Positions 1 through 12,157 of a stretch of DNA of 64,000 nucleotides are shown here, piece after piece. The DNA comes from Camelus dromedarius (Eukaryota). The stretch lies in the NCBI RefSeq assembly GCF_036321535.1, contig NC_087436.1:67954001-68018000 (forward strand). The letters are read 5' to 3'. Under the pieces are notes generated by a model that was not told the origin of the DNA, did no database searches, and saw only the letters and a list, made by a program, of their open reading frames with translations. A program made the translations under genes and the position numbers. How positions within the stretch are numbered: position 1 is the stretch's first letter; each line of letters opens with the position of its first letter.

Positions 1-207
1 GTGACTAGACCAAGTCAGAATGTCATCATTTTGGAGTCCCTCATCATAAAATTCATTATACATCATATAATTAAAATCTAACCTATACTCCCCAAAATGA
101 AACAAAACCCAAAATCCCCAATTGAGATAACAATTTGAAAGTAAGTAATGTTTTATCTTTAATGCAGAGGCATGACAATGTTTTGAATCACTATCAATTA
201 GGATAAC

Positions 208-418
208 CAGGGCCAGGCAAACTACATCCTGCAGGACAAATCCTGCCGTGTTTTGTAAATAAAGTTTTCTTTGAACACATACATGCTCACCATTTTCTAC
301 AATGTATGGCTGCTTTGCATTACAAAGGTGCAGTTGAGCAGTTAAGACAGAGATCATGTATTCTACAAAGCCGAAAAATTTACCATCTGGCCCTGATCAG
401 TAAGTTTACTGACCCCTG
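208..418 (+). mobile_element. MER58A-like hAT-Charlie non-autonomous DNA transposon
   Basis: Ends CAGGGCCAGGCAAACT...AGTTTACTGACCCCTG are imperfect TIRs. Internal TTTTGTAAATAAAGTTTT, TATGGCTGCTTT and TTTACCATCTGGCCCT match the recalled MER58A consensus. Confidence 0.85.
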
Positions 419-1366
419 ACTCTGTCAGACTTTATATAATGATACATATCAAATTCCTAGGACAGTCCATAATATACAGTAGGTCACTACACATAGGAGC
501 CACTAAAGTTTAGTGGACTAAATTATGAATCTAATATAAATATTTCATGTAAATTTTATAGATGGGAAGAACTCTGCCTTAGAGATGGAGACCTAAATCA
601 ATCTTCTCTCTTTCCTCCCTCTCTTCCTTCCTTCTTTTCTTTTTGCTCTTCTCCTAGGTATAAAGGGAGAAAATATACTAGCAGTGACTACCCTCCTTGA
701 GACTTGGAGAAATGACCACCACCAAAGGCAGAGACTACCCCCTCAGGCATATCAGAACACAGATCTTACTAGGTACACCTCCGGGAGCTGGTCTAGGCTG
801 AGTCCCCACACATTGTTATGTAATACTGAGTACCTGTTTGTTCTTACAGGTTCTAGGTTTTTGCTATGAGCTTTTTCTTTGTTGTAAACATCTTTGCCCT
901 ACGCATTTTTGCCACAGAACTAACTGGCCTTAAAGCAATTTTTCTGTGGAAGATAAAATAACTGGTTGACAATTTTTGGTTTGATAGTTTGCTTGCAATG
1001 AGTTTAGCATTTTTTCCAGTTAGAAATTATAAATGGCTTTACTGAGCTGACAGATGACGATGAATTGCCTCAAGAGTTGGTTTCTTATTTTGAAACATAC
1101 TACATTGGAGGTTAAATAGGCTGAAGGCCTGAAAGGCACAGAGTTGAACCCATATCTCCCATAGAACTTTGGAACATCTATCAATGAACATGTGACCCTG
1201 TGCCAAAAACAAACAACAGTGTAGAGGGTTTCACAACACAATACAAAGCTCAGTTACAGATATGCATCCAAATGTTTGGAAAAATGATACCTCTATTAAT
1301 GATGAAAGAAATTTTAGTGAAACAGAAAAAAGTGTGATGCCAAATGATGAGAGAAACAAATAAACT

Positions 1367-1391
1367 GTATATATATATAAATATATATGTA

Positions 1392-1432
<41 letters not shown>
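1367..1432. repeat. Compound (TA)n/(TG)n microsatellite
   Basis: Directly visible. Confidence 0.95.
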
Positions 1433-1434
<2 letters not shown>

Positions 1435-1443
1435 ATAAAATAC

Positions 1444-1927
1444 TGTTGCCAGTGAATAGGTTCTTGTCTCCGGCAGGAAAGAATTCAAGAGAGAGGCACA
1501 GTAAAGTGAAAGTAAGTTTACTTAGGGAGATACACACTCCATAGACAGAGTGTGGGCCATCTCAGAAGGCAAGAGAGGTGGCCCCAAAGTGCAGGGTTGT
1601 TGGTTTTTATGGGTTGGGTAATTTCATATGCTAATAAGTGGGAGGATTATTCCAACTGTTTTGGGGAAGGAGCAAGGATTTCCAGAAACTGGGCCACAGT
1701 CCAATTTTTGGCTTTTTATGGTCATCCTGAGAACTGTCATGGCACCTGTGGTGGGTCATTTAGCATGCTAATGTATTACAACAAGCCTATAATAAGGCTC
1801 AAGGTCTATTGGAAGTTGACTTTTCTGCCATCTTGGGCCAAGTTGGCTCTAACCAGTTTATGTCCAGTCCTCAATTGCTTTGTCATTCTTTTAATGGTTG
1901 TGCCCTGCTCCCTTCCCTCCTGTCTCA
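1444..1927 (-). mobile_element. ERV1-class solo LTR (MER41-like), inserted in the Mutator-like element
   Basis: TG...CA termini (TGTTGCC...TGTCTCA), 484 bp, 4-bp flanks ATAC/ATAT (1 mismatch). Transposase remnant resumes after it. The family name is from recall and less certain than the LTR call. Confidence 0.8.
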
Positions 1928-3609
1928 ATATTATGAAGGAAATACTTGGAAGACAAATGCTTAGGTATGACCCACAAAATAAAATCAGCTGTTTGTGCAG
2001 TATTGCCATGAATCTACACACATTTTAAATGCCTTCAAATATTCTGTATTTCATAATAAAAGTCTTTAATTTTGTTATTCCTTTTTCATGTTTCATTATG
2101 TTCTTTTTAATGTTCCTTATTTATTTTTCATTATTTTATCTTATATAGCAAAGTTGCCTTATAGCCAATCAGTTACACAGTGAAAATGTTAGGGGCAAAA
2201 CTGTTTGTGGCAAAGATGCTTACCATGAAAATATCAGACACGACTCTTACATTCCTCCTCTTATCACTCCAGTCACTCTACCATTTCTGCAATAAAATGC
2301 CTCAACAAATGCTTAAGTAGGAGTCACTGTCACTATCATTTTCAAAAACTCATGAGACAGCTAATTTGTGAACTTAAATGCTGCAGAGGTGGTCACAGTG
2401 AACTGCAACTTTGGATCATATTTGACTATCATCCCATGTTACACAGCCTTAGTATTTTTCATAAAAGAAGTACTAAAAGATAAAGAGAGCTATGAGGAAA
2501 TGAATGGGGTTGGAGGTAGAAAGAATAAGATTAGCAAGAATGCTATAGCTATACTTTTTTTTAATACTGTCTGCAAACATAGAAGAAATAATTGCTTCTT
2601 CCCAAGATGCTGCATCAATTTTTCTATTTCTCAAAATAAATTAGGTCATAAACAATTTGTCTTTGGTGCATCATTAGTATGTTTATTTCCTACATGGTTA
2701 TATTAAGTTATTGAATCATTCAGTTTTGAATAAATCCATTATGTCAGTTTTCATTACAGTAGTGTATATGCATAACAAATTTAACTAAAAATTAAACTAA
2801 AGAATCCAAAGAGATACAAACAGACGTGAGGCCAAGTAATAGCCCAACAGAGCTGACTAGAAATTCCACCAGAAGCATTTCCAGAGTGAAAGAGCAGGGA
2901 AGTTGTTAATCACAAACTCAATAAATTCACCATCAAATTTTACATATTTAAACAGATTCTTTCCCTCCTTATTTAGTCTTTAATTTTTACAATAAATCAA
3001 AAAATTTCAAAGTGTAAACATTGCCTCTAGAATAACCTTATTTATTATAAAGTGCTATAAGTGGTACTAATTGGTTCAACAACTTCTAAACAACAAGGAA
3101 AAATACCAATTCTTAAGTTTTCAAAGTCATGGGAGAAGTGTTTAAATGCTACTTTTAACAGCTCTTTGAAAATTGATGCATGAATATTATAATTTAAAGC
3201 ATTCTCTACTGCTCAATTCAAACAAGCCTCTGTGACCATGTTTATCATTTAAATCACAAAAGGCATGTACCATTTACATTGCTTTGAATTTACTTATAGG
3301 CTTCCAAAGGGATGGGGGAGGAAGAGGAGGGCAGGAAGAAAAGGAATTATTTAATTGATTATGAATAGCTTTCATTAATACTGAAAATGTTGAAATTCAG
3401 AGTCAACTCATTCCCACTGTGTATTTCAACAGCATGCTGCTTTTGGTAAATATATTTTCAAAAGAAAACAAGTACAGCAAAAATAAGTGAGCATTAAAAA
3501 AAAACAACTATATTCCATCTGATTCTTTTCCCAGTTGTTTCTCCATTATACAGGGAAATAAGCAATGTTGTTCACTCTCTGATTCTAGAAAGATTAGGTC
3601 ATTAGCCAC

Positions 3610-4014
3610 TGCAGTCGCTGACCTACAGTGCACCCTGAAAGGAATTCAGGGCAAAGAGCAGGATGAGGCACACTTTGCTCTGGGAAAACAGGCAAACTAG
3701 ATCCTTAGATAGGTATAGTTCAGAAGTTTTTTATAAACATGGATTCTTGCAACTTCTCATACTTAGAAAAGCACTATAATCATTAACTGAGATATCTGTT
3801 CCTCATGACCAGCAGCAACCTTCTATTGAGGGATATGCTGACTTGCAAGTACTCCTCAACCAAAGTCATGTTATTCTGGCCTTTTGTCCTGTCTCTTTGG
3901 AGCAGTTCCTCAGAGTTATCTGAGAGGCTGTCTCTGGGCTATAGTTCTCAGTAAGTCCCCAAATTAAACCAAATTCACAGCTCTGACTTTGTGTGTTTTT
4001 TGTGTCAGTTGACA
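3610..4014 (+). mobile_element. ERV1-class solo LTR (MER34/LTR39-like)
   Basis: TG...CA termini. The 3' part TCTGAGAGGCTGTCTCTGGGCTATAGTTCTCAGTAAGTCCCCAAATTAAAC is typical of MER34-group LTRs. TSD not clear. Confidence 0.75.
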
Positions 4015-4918
4015 ATACATTTGCTATATATTATAAATGGAAAAAGAGAAATAAAATAATATTTATTAGTATTATATTGCTCATGACACTTCTTTTCAAA
4101 TGAAATACAAATTTTACAAATAAGGTTTGATGTGAAAAGTGTAAAAAGTTCTCAAATGCAGTTTTTTTCAGAAGACACTTCTTTGAGCCTCTTAAACATA
4201 TCTTATTTATCTGTTAGTTCAATAAAGCATCCTTCAGGACTCTTGCATACCATTTACACCATTTCAATCTATGTTTAAATATGTTGATTTTGCTCCTTAA
4301 GAGGACACCACTATACAGTGAAAATCGTACCACATATCAGAAATCCACAGTTCTCCTGTCATCCCATTTCCAGATGCTCCAAATCTCTAGCTCTTACAGC
4401 ACTATCAAAGTTGACATGCCATACTGAGCCAGAGAAAGCCTGTATCAGGTTAGCCCATTTAAATTCTTCTTCTTTTGGAATCAAATAGATTTCTGTTAAT
4501 CTTACATATACAAACATATGTATATTCCTCTATTCAGAATACATAAGATCTATATTCTACAAGAGCAAAGCTATCAGTTTCTTCTCAGCTGTCCAATGCC
4601 AAAACAGACCTCTTTCTTCCTAATCTGTTCCTGCTCAATTCTACAGCTAATTGTGATGAATAATTACCCTTGAAGTGTTATTCTTTACTGTATTCTCTCT
4701 GGGATAACTGATAGGTAGCAGGTATAATGTAAATGGCTACCAGATGTAAATTCTTCAGCTATTATATAATATGATTGAAAGGATACCATTATTAATTTAA
4801 CATATACTAGAGCACAAAACAGAGTGGGAAGATATGAGGTGTTTATTGATTGACAAAACCTAAAAATCCCTCAGGTAATCTAAGTTGATTGAGGAAAACC
4901 AGCAAATGAACAAAGAAA

Positions 4919-5714
4919 ATGAAAAAATGCTAAATATTGCTAATTATCAAAGAAATGCAAATTGAAACTACAATGAAGTATCAACTCACACCAGTCAGAA
5001 TGGCCATCATTCAAAAGTCCACAAACAATAAATGCTGGAGAGGGTGTGGAGAAAAGGGAACCCTCCTATACTGTTGGTGGGAATGTAGTTTTGTGCAGGC
5101 ATTATGGAAAACAGTGCAGATTTTCCTCAAAAAACAAAAAATAGTTTTACGACCATATGACCATATGACCCAGCAATCCCACTCTTGGGCATATATCCGG
5201 AGAAAATTCTAATTCAAAAAGATGAATGCACCCCAAAGTCCATAGCAGCACTATATACAATAGCCAATACATGGAAACAACCTAAATGTCCATCGACAGG
5301 ACTGGATAAAGAAGTTGTGGTAAATTTATACAATAGAATACTACTCAGCCATAAAAAGAATAATACAATGCCATTTGCAGCAACATGGATGGACGTGGAG
5401 ATCATCATTCTAAGCCAGAAAGAGAAAGAAAAATACCATATGATATCATTCATATGTGGAATCTAAAAAAGGGGGGGGGGGGAAGACACTAATGAACTCA
5501 TCTACAAAACAGAAACAGACTCGCAGAAATAGTAAACAATCTTACGGTTCCCAGAGGGAAAGGGGGTAGAGGAAGGGATAAATTTGGGAGTTTCAGATTT
5601 GCAAATATTAACTACTATATCTAAAAACAGATAAAAAACAAATTTCTTCTGTATAGTACAGGAAATTACATTCAATATCTTATAATACCCTTTAAGGAAA
5701 AAGAACATGAAAAA

Positions 5715-5749
<35 letters not shown>

Positions 5750-5750
5750 A
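4919..5750 (+). mobile_element. 5'-truncated LINE-1 (ORF2 C-terminus, 3'UTR, (TAAA)n tail)
   Basis: ORF track peptide [45 protein letters not shown] is the L1 ORF2 cysteine-rich C-terminus. A-rich tail at about 5711-5750. Confidence 0.95.
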
Positions 5751-6330
5751 GCCCCCAAAGTTCCTGAAATGCATGAGAGGAACCACAGGGGTTTGTTAGA
5801 CTCTGCCTTCAACTTCCAAACACACTTTTCATGACTCCCAAACCTGTCACTTGGCAGTTTTAACTGACTCCACACCCTAATCTACAGAGAATGCAAAAGG
5901 CTACCAAGACCTTGAGTCTATCAGAATCATAGTGAAAACATTTCTTAGTTCTTGGACGTATATAAACGCTTGATGGATGACATATAGTTAATGCTAGAGA
6001 AAAGTGAACTTATGCTCACAAGAGGTATAATAGTATAGCCCGAAGGAGGCAATTGAAAGAGAGAAATCTGAGTTCTCATTTTATCTTGAAAGTTTATAAA
6101 TAATTTTTCTACTTTGTTCTATTTAACAAGTGTTCTCAAATTTGATATATTTTAACCACTGACTATTGAGCAAAATTAATGGTTTGGGAAGTGTTATCAA
6201 ATACCCCTGACACTTCAAATAAGCTCATCTGCACTGCTCTATATACTTAAGAGCTGAAAACTCCCAGTTTCAATAGCACAACTGTATAGCATCCTGATAG
6301 GTGAATTATAGAGTAGAGTCTTTCACCAGC

Positions 6331-6692
6331 TATTACAGACCATCAGTTTGTGTCTCTTAAAATTAATATGTTGACACCAGTGCCCAATGTGAAGGTATTT
6401 CAAGGTGGGGCCTTTGCAAGGTGACTAGCTCATCAGGGTGGCACCATCATGAATAGGATTAATCCTTTCATAAGAGACCCTAAAGAGTCCCCCTACCCCT
6501 GCTGTCATGTGAGGTTACAGTGAAAGACAGCTGTCTGTGAATCAGGAAGCAGACTCACCAGACACCAAATCTGCAGGCACCTTGATCTTGGACTTCCCAG
6601 CTTCTAAAACTGCGAGAAATAAATTTCTGTCCTTTATAAGCCTCTCAGTCTATCAGTTGTTTGGGTATTCTATAGCCCAAACAACTAAGATA
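6331..6692 (+). mobile_element. MaLR solo LTR, MLT1A-like
   Basis: GGTGGGGCCTTTG, CTCACCAGACACCAAATCTGCAGGCACCTTGATCTTGGACTTCCCAGC and AGAAATAAATTTCTGT are MLT1A/MST hallmarks. Confidence 0.85.
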
Positions 6693-6940
6693 CCTGCTCT
6701 TATGGATCCCTACTTTGCATCATTCAAAATATTTATTTTTTCTGCTTGAATTTCTATCCCCCAGAAAATCTATAACCTCAATGACCAAGGAGCTTCAATG
6801 AATTACTTTTTTTTTTTCAATTTGGTCTTTTAATCACACAGCAAATGTTTATGAAAAATCTACTTCATTCCAGACAGTGTTGTATACACTGGGAACAGAA
6901 ATTAATAAAACCAATCAGTCTAGTGAAGGAGAGATGTGTC

Positions 6941-7042
6941 CATCATCATCATCACCATCATTATTGTCAGTATCGTCATCATTATCATCATCACCACCAT
7001 CATCGTCATCATCATCATCAACATCATCATCACCATCATCAT
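6941..7042. repeat. Imperfect (CAT)n trinucleotide repeat
   Basis: Directly visible. It explains the poly-His/Asp/Met/Ile ORFs. Confidence 0.95.
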
Positions 7043-8193
7043 GAAGAGACTGAAGGATAAAATTAAAATACATGCAAACAACAATGGCAAGACCATCAAT
7101 GAAGAGAGGGATGAAATATGCATGAACTACTTTTTTGTTCTGTTCCTTGTGATCCCAGTTTTCCAATGTATCTATAGTAAAAGAACCCTGCAGTGGCACT
7201 GCTAAGCAGCAAATCTGAGGCCTATCATAACTTATTTTCTTAAATATTCAAACTACTGCATTTTGTAGAAGATAAAATCCCAATAAATATTCACTGTTAC
7301 TGACATTCATTGAAATGACTTATTTAAACACTGTTGATATAGAAAGAAACGTATTAGAATAGGAAACATATAATATGTGAAAGAACTGTTCAGGCCTCTC
7401 TGCCTTTCTAGACTCACTCACTGCCCTCCTGGCCCATTGAATGCAGCAGACTCTTCCTGCCAGACTACAGACTCCCACTCTTGCCTTCATTTGGCCAGAT
7501 TTACACTGCTGGTATGTTTCAGTTCCTCTCCAGTTTCCAAGCAAGTTACTGGCATTTTTAAAATCGTAATTTGAAGTTATGTGTCTTGAAATTGAAAGAT
7601 AAGACTTCTGGAGGATACTTAAGTAAATTCAATTTATACCCTGCCTCTTGAAACTCCAAACAACTCTAAATTAACATCTTATTTGGCAGGACTGTAATTA
7701 CAGAGGAAAGTCAGCTTTCAAAGGCACAGCTGTTAGAAATATACATGTAGCCACTTAAGTAATGACTTGCCTTGAGAAAGTGCAAAGGGCTGAGCTGTCC
7801 TTGAACCACACTGACAATTTCTCTCAGCAGTGACCTGAAGACAACAATGTGCACTCCGAAAGGGGACTGCCACAATTTTTAATCTGCCTGGCTTTCTGAT
7901 CAGGCAAAATATAAATCATTTAATCAGCCCCAACTGAGCGTCGGGTACAACTAGTATAAATTTTCCTTCATAAAAGTTTCATCAAAGCTGGGGATGGCTG
8001 CACTGCCTTATCTTTTGCTAGAGAAATTACAGCCTGCAAAGATTGGCTGGTAGTCATATGTGATTGATAGGCCTGGGGTGGATGGCCTTCATGCAGAGGA
8101 GTTCAAGCCTAAATGGCCTTTGCAGTTACTTCCATCTTTCCCTTAAAGTAATGCTTTGCTTCACTTACTGCAAAGGAAAAGACAACTAACAAT

Positions 8194-8222
8194 TGTTTTG
8201 TTTTGTTTTGTTTTGTTTTTTC
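8194..8222. repeat. (GTTTT)n simple repeat
   Basis: Directly visible. Confidence 0.9.
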
Positions 8223-10279
8223 AGACAACACTCCCACATCCAACAGTTTATAGCCAGAAACACAATCATCAATATGGTAATTGTTTTTTATAAGCTAACA
8301 GTCCTGTATGAGTAGCTAGAAGAATAAAAGGAATCACAAAGCTCTACATAGCTTCATACTGATATTTACAAAATGAATATTATTAAATTATATGTATTAC
8401 TATTGGCTATCTTATGTTTCTGATAAAACATCCATAAGACTGTGAGGTGGAAAATACTTCCAACTGAACAGAAAAAATGAGGATTCAAAAACTTTCTTAA
8501 TAAGATCACTAACTCACTTGCCTCTTTCGCTTTTGTGACATTAAAACTGACACCACTCAGATGGAAAAAATCATCTAAGTATCATAAACACTATTCAGAA
8601 TTAGAGGGGACAGTGAGAAATTCCTGATGGAATGACAAAATAGTCTTAATTATGAAACATTGGTAAGACAAATGATATTATATCTCTCAAGTATTGGTCA
8701 CATCACGAACTAAAACATAAATCAGTGCTAACAAGTAAACAGGTAAATTAATTTTAAGGAATCTAATTTGCAGGAGGCTGACATCACTCATAACGTATTT
8801 CAACTTAAAAGCCCCATCATTTCACACTTTCAAATCAATAAGTATATAAATCAATTTACATTCCAATTCCATGTAGTTTAATTTAATGTGTTTTTTGCTG
8901 AATTATAGTAAAACTCAAAATGGGGCAAATCAGTACAAAAATTTGATTCTAAAATTAAAAATTCAGTTGAAAAGACTGGGGATAAGGTAAATGTTAAACA
9001 GTATATGTCCCAGGAAGCAAGATTTGTATGCTCTGAAAACTATCAACACATAATCAATTAAAATTCCTTAACACAAATGAATAAAGTGTCAAGTATCACT
9101 GGCCACAGATGAACTGCCTTACAAGAACAATCATTCTAGCTAATAATATGGTGAGCTTTCTACTCAAATGGAAATGCCGAATTCCAGGTTATTACACATG
9201 TGACAAAAAGAAAAAAGGAATTTACAATTACAGTGCTAAACAAGTAAAACTTGCCTTAAAGCCCAAAACGAAGCAAATTCTAAGCCAAGAATCATCAGAA
9301 AGTCAATCATAATCAACTTTTCAATCACAAAATCCAATCAACTGTACAACAGCTGCTGCGCTCACATCCTCTGCAGCATAATTTGATCCACGAAATGTCA
9401 TTCATTAAGTCTTAAAGGAAATAGAATTCTGGAAGCTTCCAAAGGGCAACTTCATTTCCAGGTCTCATGTGTGAATTAACCATCTCACTGAGGACTCCAT
9501 AAAATTCAGATTCCAATATTTCTCAACAGGTCCTGTTACAATTTTCACCAACTTCAGTATACAGAGGAGTTGCCTGGGCATTAATATAACTGTCTTCCTA
9601 GATTTCAGTTTCTTCCCAGAGATGGGACTCAGCTAGCCCGGTACCTGGCTTTCTCCATTGCCAGACAACTTTTCAAGAAAACCTGATGGAGATTTACTGC
9701 TGCTGTTGTAAGTGTACATAAACACTACACTGAAAAATATTTTTTTAAGTACTATAAAGGATCCTCAAGTAACATAGTCCATTCTGGATGCTCACTCTTG
9801 TCAACTAGGTGAATGAGACAGTAAAAACTGATTTGAAGAAGAAAATTTATAACTTCTGATCCCTGATGTGCCTGGCCATAGTAAATGAGAAATCAAGGAA
9901 TCCAGGACTATAAAAACAATGGATGTCAAAACCAGTTTGAGCTTGATTTATGTTTCTGTTTTAGGAGGATAAAACAACAGTTTTCATCGAGAGCAATGTT
10001 ATTGGGCTGTTGGTCTTATTTAGCCTGAAGTTTACCGTCCATCATCGTCATTCTTCACTGTAGACTTGTAGGCCTGCATGTGACAGCTCCAAGGAACTGT
10101 CATTTCTCAGAAGCTCTGGGCCTTTACTAGTCATGCTTCCCTCTTTCCTTCAAGTGAGATATTTCACCATCTAGCCAGCTGTATAGCCCAGAAATCTCTA
10201 ATTCCTTAGTGCCATCAGTTTCTTAAATTCTTAAATGTTTCTTAAATGCATGAATTAATGAAAGGAATTCTGTTCATAG

Positions 10280-11122
10280 TCCTGTCATCCTTCCCCATAT
10301 TTTATCAATTCACAGGTTACATTAATTTTGCCCCTAAATACTTCCCCACTTCTTGAAAATTATTAGACTAGCTCAAACTCCATCATCTCCAACATCAAAT
10401 CATGAAACAAAAACATAACCCCAAGGTGATCCCTTTCCCCATTTAAACTTTCTTGGTGGCTTCACATTGTTCTTAGTATTAAAATAAAATTCCATAGCCT
10501 TTTACAGTTTGGTCCCTACCTCCCTCTTCACCTGAATCTCTTATTCTGATTCCATCTACTCTACTGTCACTGTGTTTGTGCCAGATCGGTCTGCTGAATC
10601 TTTCTTGCTCAGTCTGCTTGCACAGAGAATCTGCATACTCTGTTTCCTCTCTTTGTGATGCTCCTTCTACTCAGAACACCACGAATGCTCTTGCAGCCTT
10701 CATATTTCAGCTCAAACGTAACTTCCCAGGGAAAGGTTTCCTGTCCATCCAAAGGTCAAATCAAAATATTACATTTGTATCATTTTTTAGATTCCACATA
10801 TAAGTGATATCATATGATATTTGTCTTTGTCTGATTTACTTCATTAAGTATGATAATCTCTAGATCCATCCATGTTGCTGCAAATGACATTATTTCATTC
10901 TTTTGTTATCAACTATACTTCAATAAAATATTTATATAACAGTAAGACATAAACCACATAGCTTTCATTTATAGCTTCCCACAGGTGAATTTTCCATGTT
11001 TTAATGATTTCTTGATTAAAAATTACTTCTCATATAACAAAATTAATTGCATTTACTTTAGTATCCCCAGATTTCAGCTCAAGAAAAGGCACATAGTATT
11101 TCTTCAATGCATGAATGAATGA
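10280..11122 (+). mobile_element. Ancient LINE-2 remnant (interrupted by a small L1)
   Basis: Pyrimidine-rich L2-like body, ending GGCACATAGTATT...ATGAATGAATGA as in the L2 3' end. Highly diverged. Confidence 0.6.
10771..10930 (+). mobile_element. Miniature LINE-1 insertion with 5' inversion
   Basis: Antisense L1 3'UTR sequence (TTTTTTAGATTCCACATATAAGTGATATCAT...CATGTTGCTGCAAATGACAT) is joined to a sense L1 terminus ATCAACTATACTTCAATAAAA. AAAATATT occurs on both flanks (10763-10770, 10925-10932). Confidence 0.75.
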
Positions 11123-11232
11123 GAGGAAGTGTGTTCATATCTAGAAAAATAAAATTATATGACTTGAAAGACACAAAGAGAAGTAAATCCAAACTGATAA
11201 GTGAAAATGGTACAGGAAAAAAATTATGGTAA

Positions 11233-11724
11233 CATAATTCTCAAATTTTTAAGCCTTAGACCTTTTCACACTCTTAAGTATTATTGAGGGCCCCAAAAGG
11301 TTTATGTTTGTATGGGTTATATTTAAGAATATTCATCATATTAGACAGTAAAACTGAGAATAAATATATATATATTTATTTATAAACTCATTCAAAAACA
11401 GTATAACTAAAATAAACACAGTACATGTTAACATAATACATTTCCCCAAACAAAACAACTAGTAAGAGAAATGGCTTTGTTTTACATTGATATAATCTGT
11501 TTAATATTTGACTTAATAAAAGTCATATTCTCGGATATGCTTCTGCTGCAATAACACACATAATGTAGCCTCTAGAAAACTGCACTTGCAAGAAAATGAG
11601 AGTGAAAAAGTAAAAAGAATTTTATAATATATTCTAAAACTAATTTTGATCTTGCTGACCCCAGGAAAGCATGTTAAGTTATCCCCCTCCCAGGGATTCT
11701 AAGACTACACTTTGAGAGCCATGG
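11233..11724 (+). mobile_element. MER119-like hAT-Charlie DNA transposon
   Basis: Start TTCTCAAA...CACACTCTTAAGTATTATTGAGGGCCCCAAAAG and end GACTACACTTTGAGAGCCA match recalled MER119/Charlie termini. Confidence 0.75.
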
Positions 11725-11820
11725 ATATAATTTATTCTCCAAACTGGCACACTTTTGAAAACAGAAGAGTGTCCTATAAATATTTATGCTAGAATATCAA
11801 GCATAAAAATGGATTATCAT
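11725..11820 (+). mobile_element. MER94-like hAT-Blackjack remnant
   Basis: ATATAATTTATTCTCCAAACTGGCACACTTTTGAAA resembles MER94 and the copy at 38790-38898. Confidence 0.6.
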
Positions 11821-11870
11821 TAATGTGTTAATAAACAGTTATAGAAATATGCTAATTAAAATATCATATA

Positions 11871-12157
11871 CAGCTGTCCTTCAGTATCTGCAGAGAATTA
11901 CTTCTAGGACCCACTGCGGATACCAAAATTCATGGATGCTCAGGTCCCCATGGATGCTCACCCCTATGTCCACGGGTTCCACATCCGAGGACTCAACCAA
12001 CCGCAGACCACATATTAAATTGGTAATCTGTGGTTGGTTGACTGCAGATGTGGAACCTGGGACCCACTAACATGGAAAGTCAACTGTATGTTTATTTTTA
12101 AAAATCCATATGTAAGTGGGCACACAGTTTAAACCTGTGTTGCTCAAGGATCATCTA
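11871..12157 (-). mobile_element. MER8-like TcMar-Tigger non-autonomous element
   Basis: TA on both flanks. Ends are CAGCTGTCCTTCAGTATC and TGTGTTGCTCAAGGATCATCT. Internal GCGGATACCAAAATTCATGGATGCTCA and an internal hairpin are typical of MER2/MER8. Confidence 0.8.

Larger units (their letters stand above)
849..2242 (+). mobile_element. Mutator-like (MULE/MuDR, Ricksha-type) DNA transposon fossil, internally deleted, interrupted by a microsatellite and a solo LTR
   Basis: About 100-bp degenerate TIRs (849-945 vs 2147-2242). Probable 9-bp TSD GTTCTTACA (840-848) / ACTCTTACA (2243-2251). Decayed transposase motifs ELPQELVSYFETYYIG (1062-1109), PIELWNIY, PKTNNSVEG (1203-1229) and HPNVWK (1265-1282). 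Confidence 0.8.

Noticed and set aside
1552..2028. Longest ORF (158 aa) as a gene
   Set aside because: It reads through the antisense strand of a solo LTR into the last codons of the dead transposase. It starts at GTG and has no gene structure.
6845..7205. Poly-His, poly-Asp, poly-Met and poly-Ile ORFs
   Set aside because: All are translations of the (CAT)n repeat.
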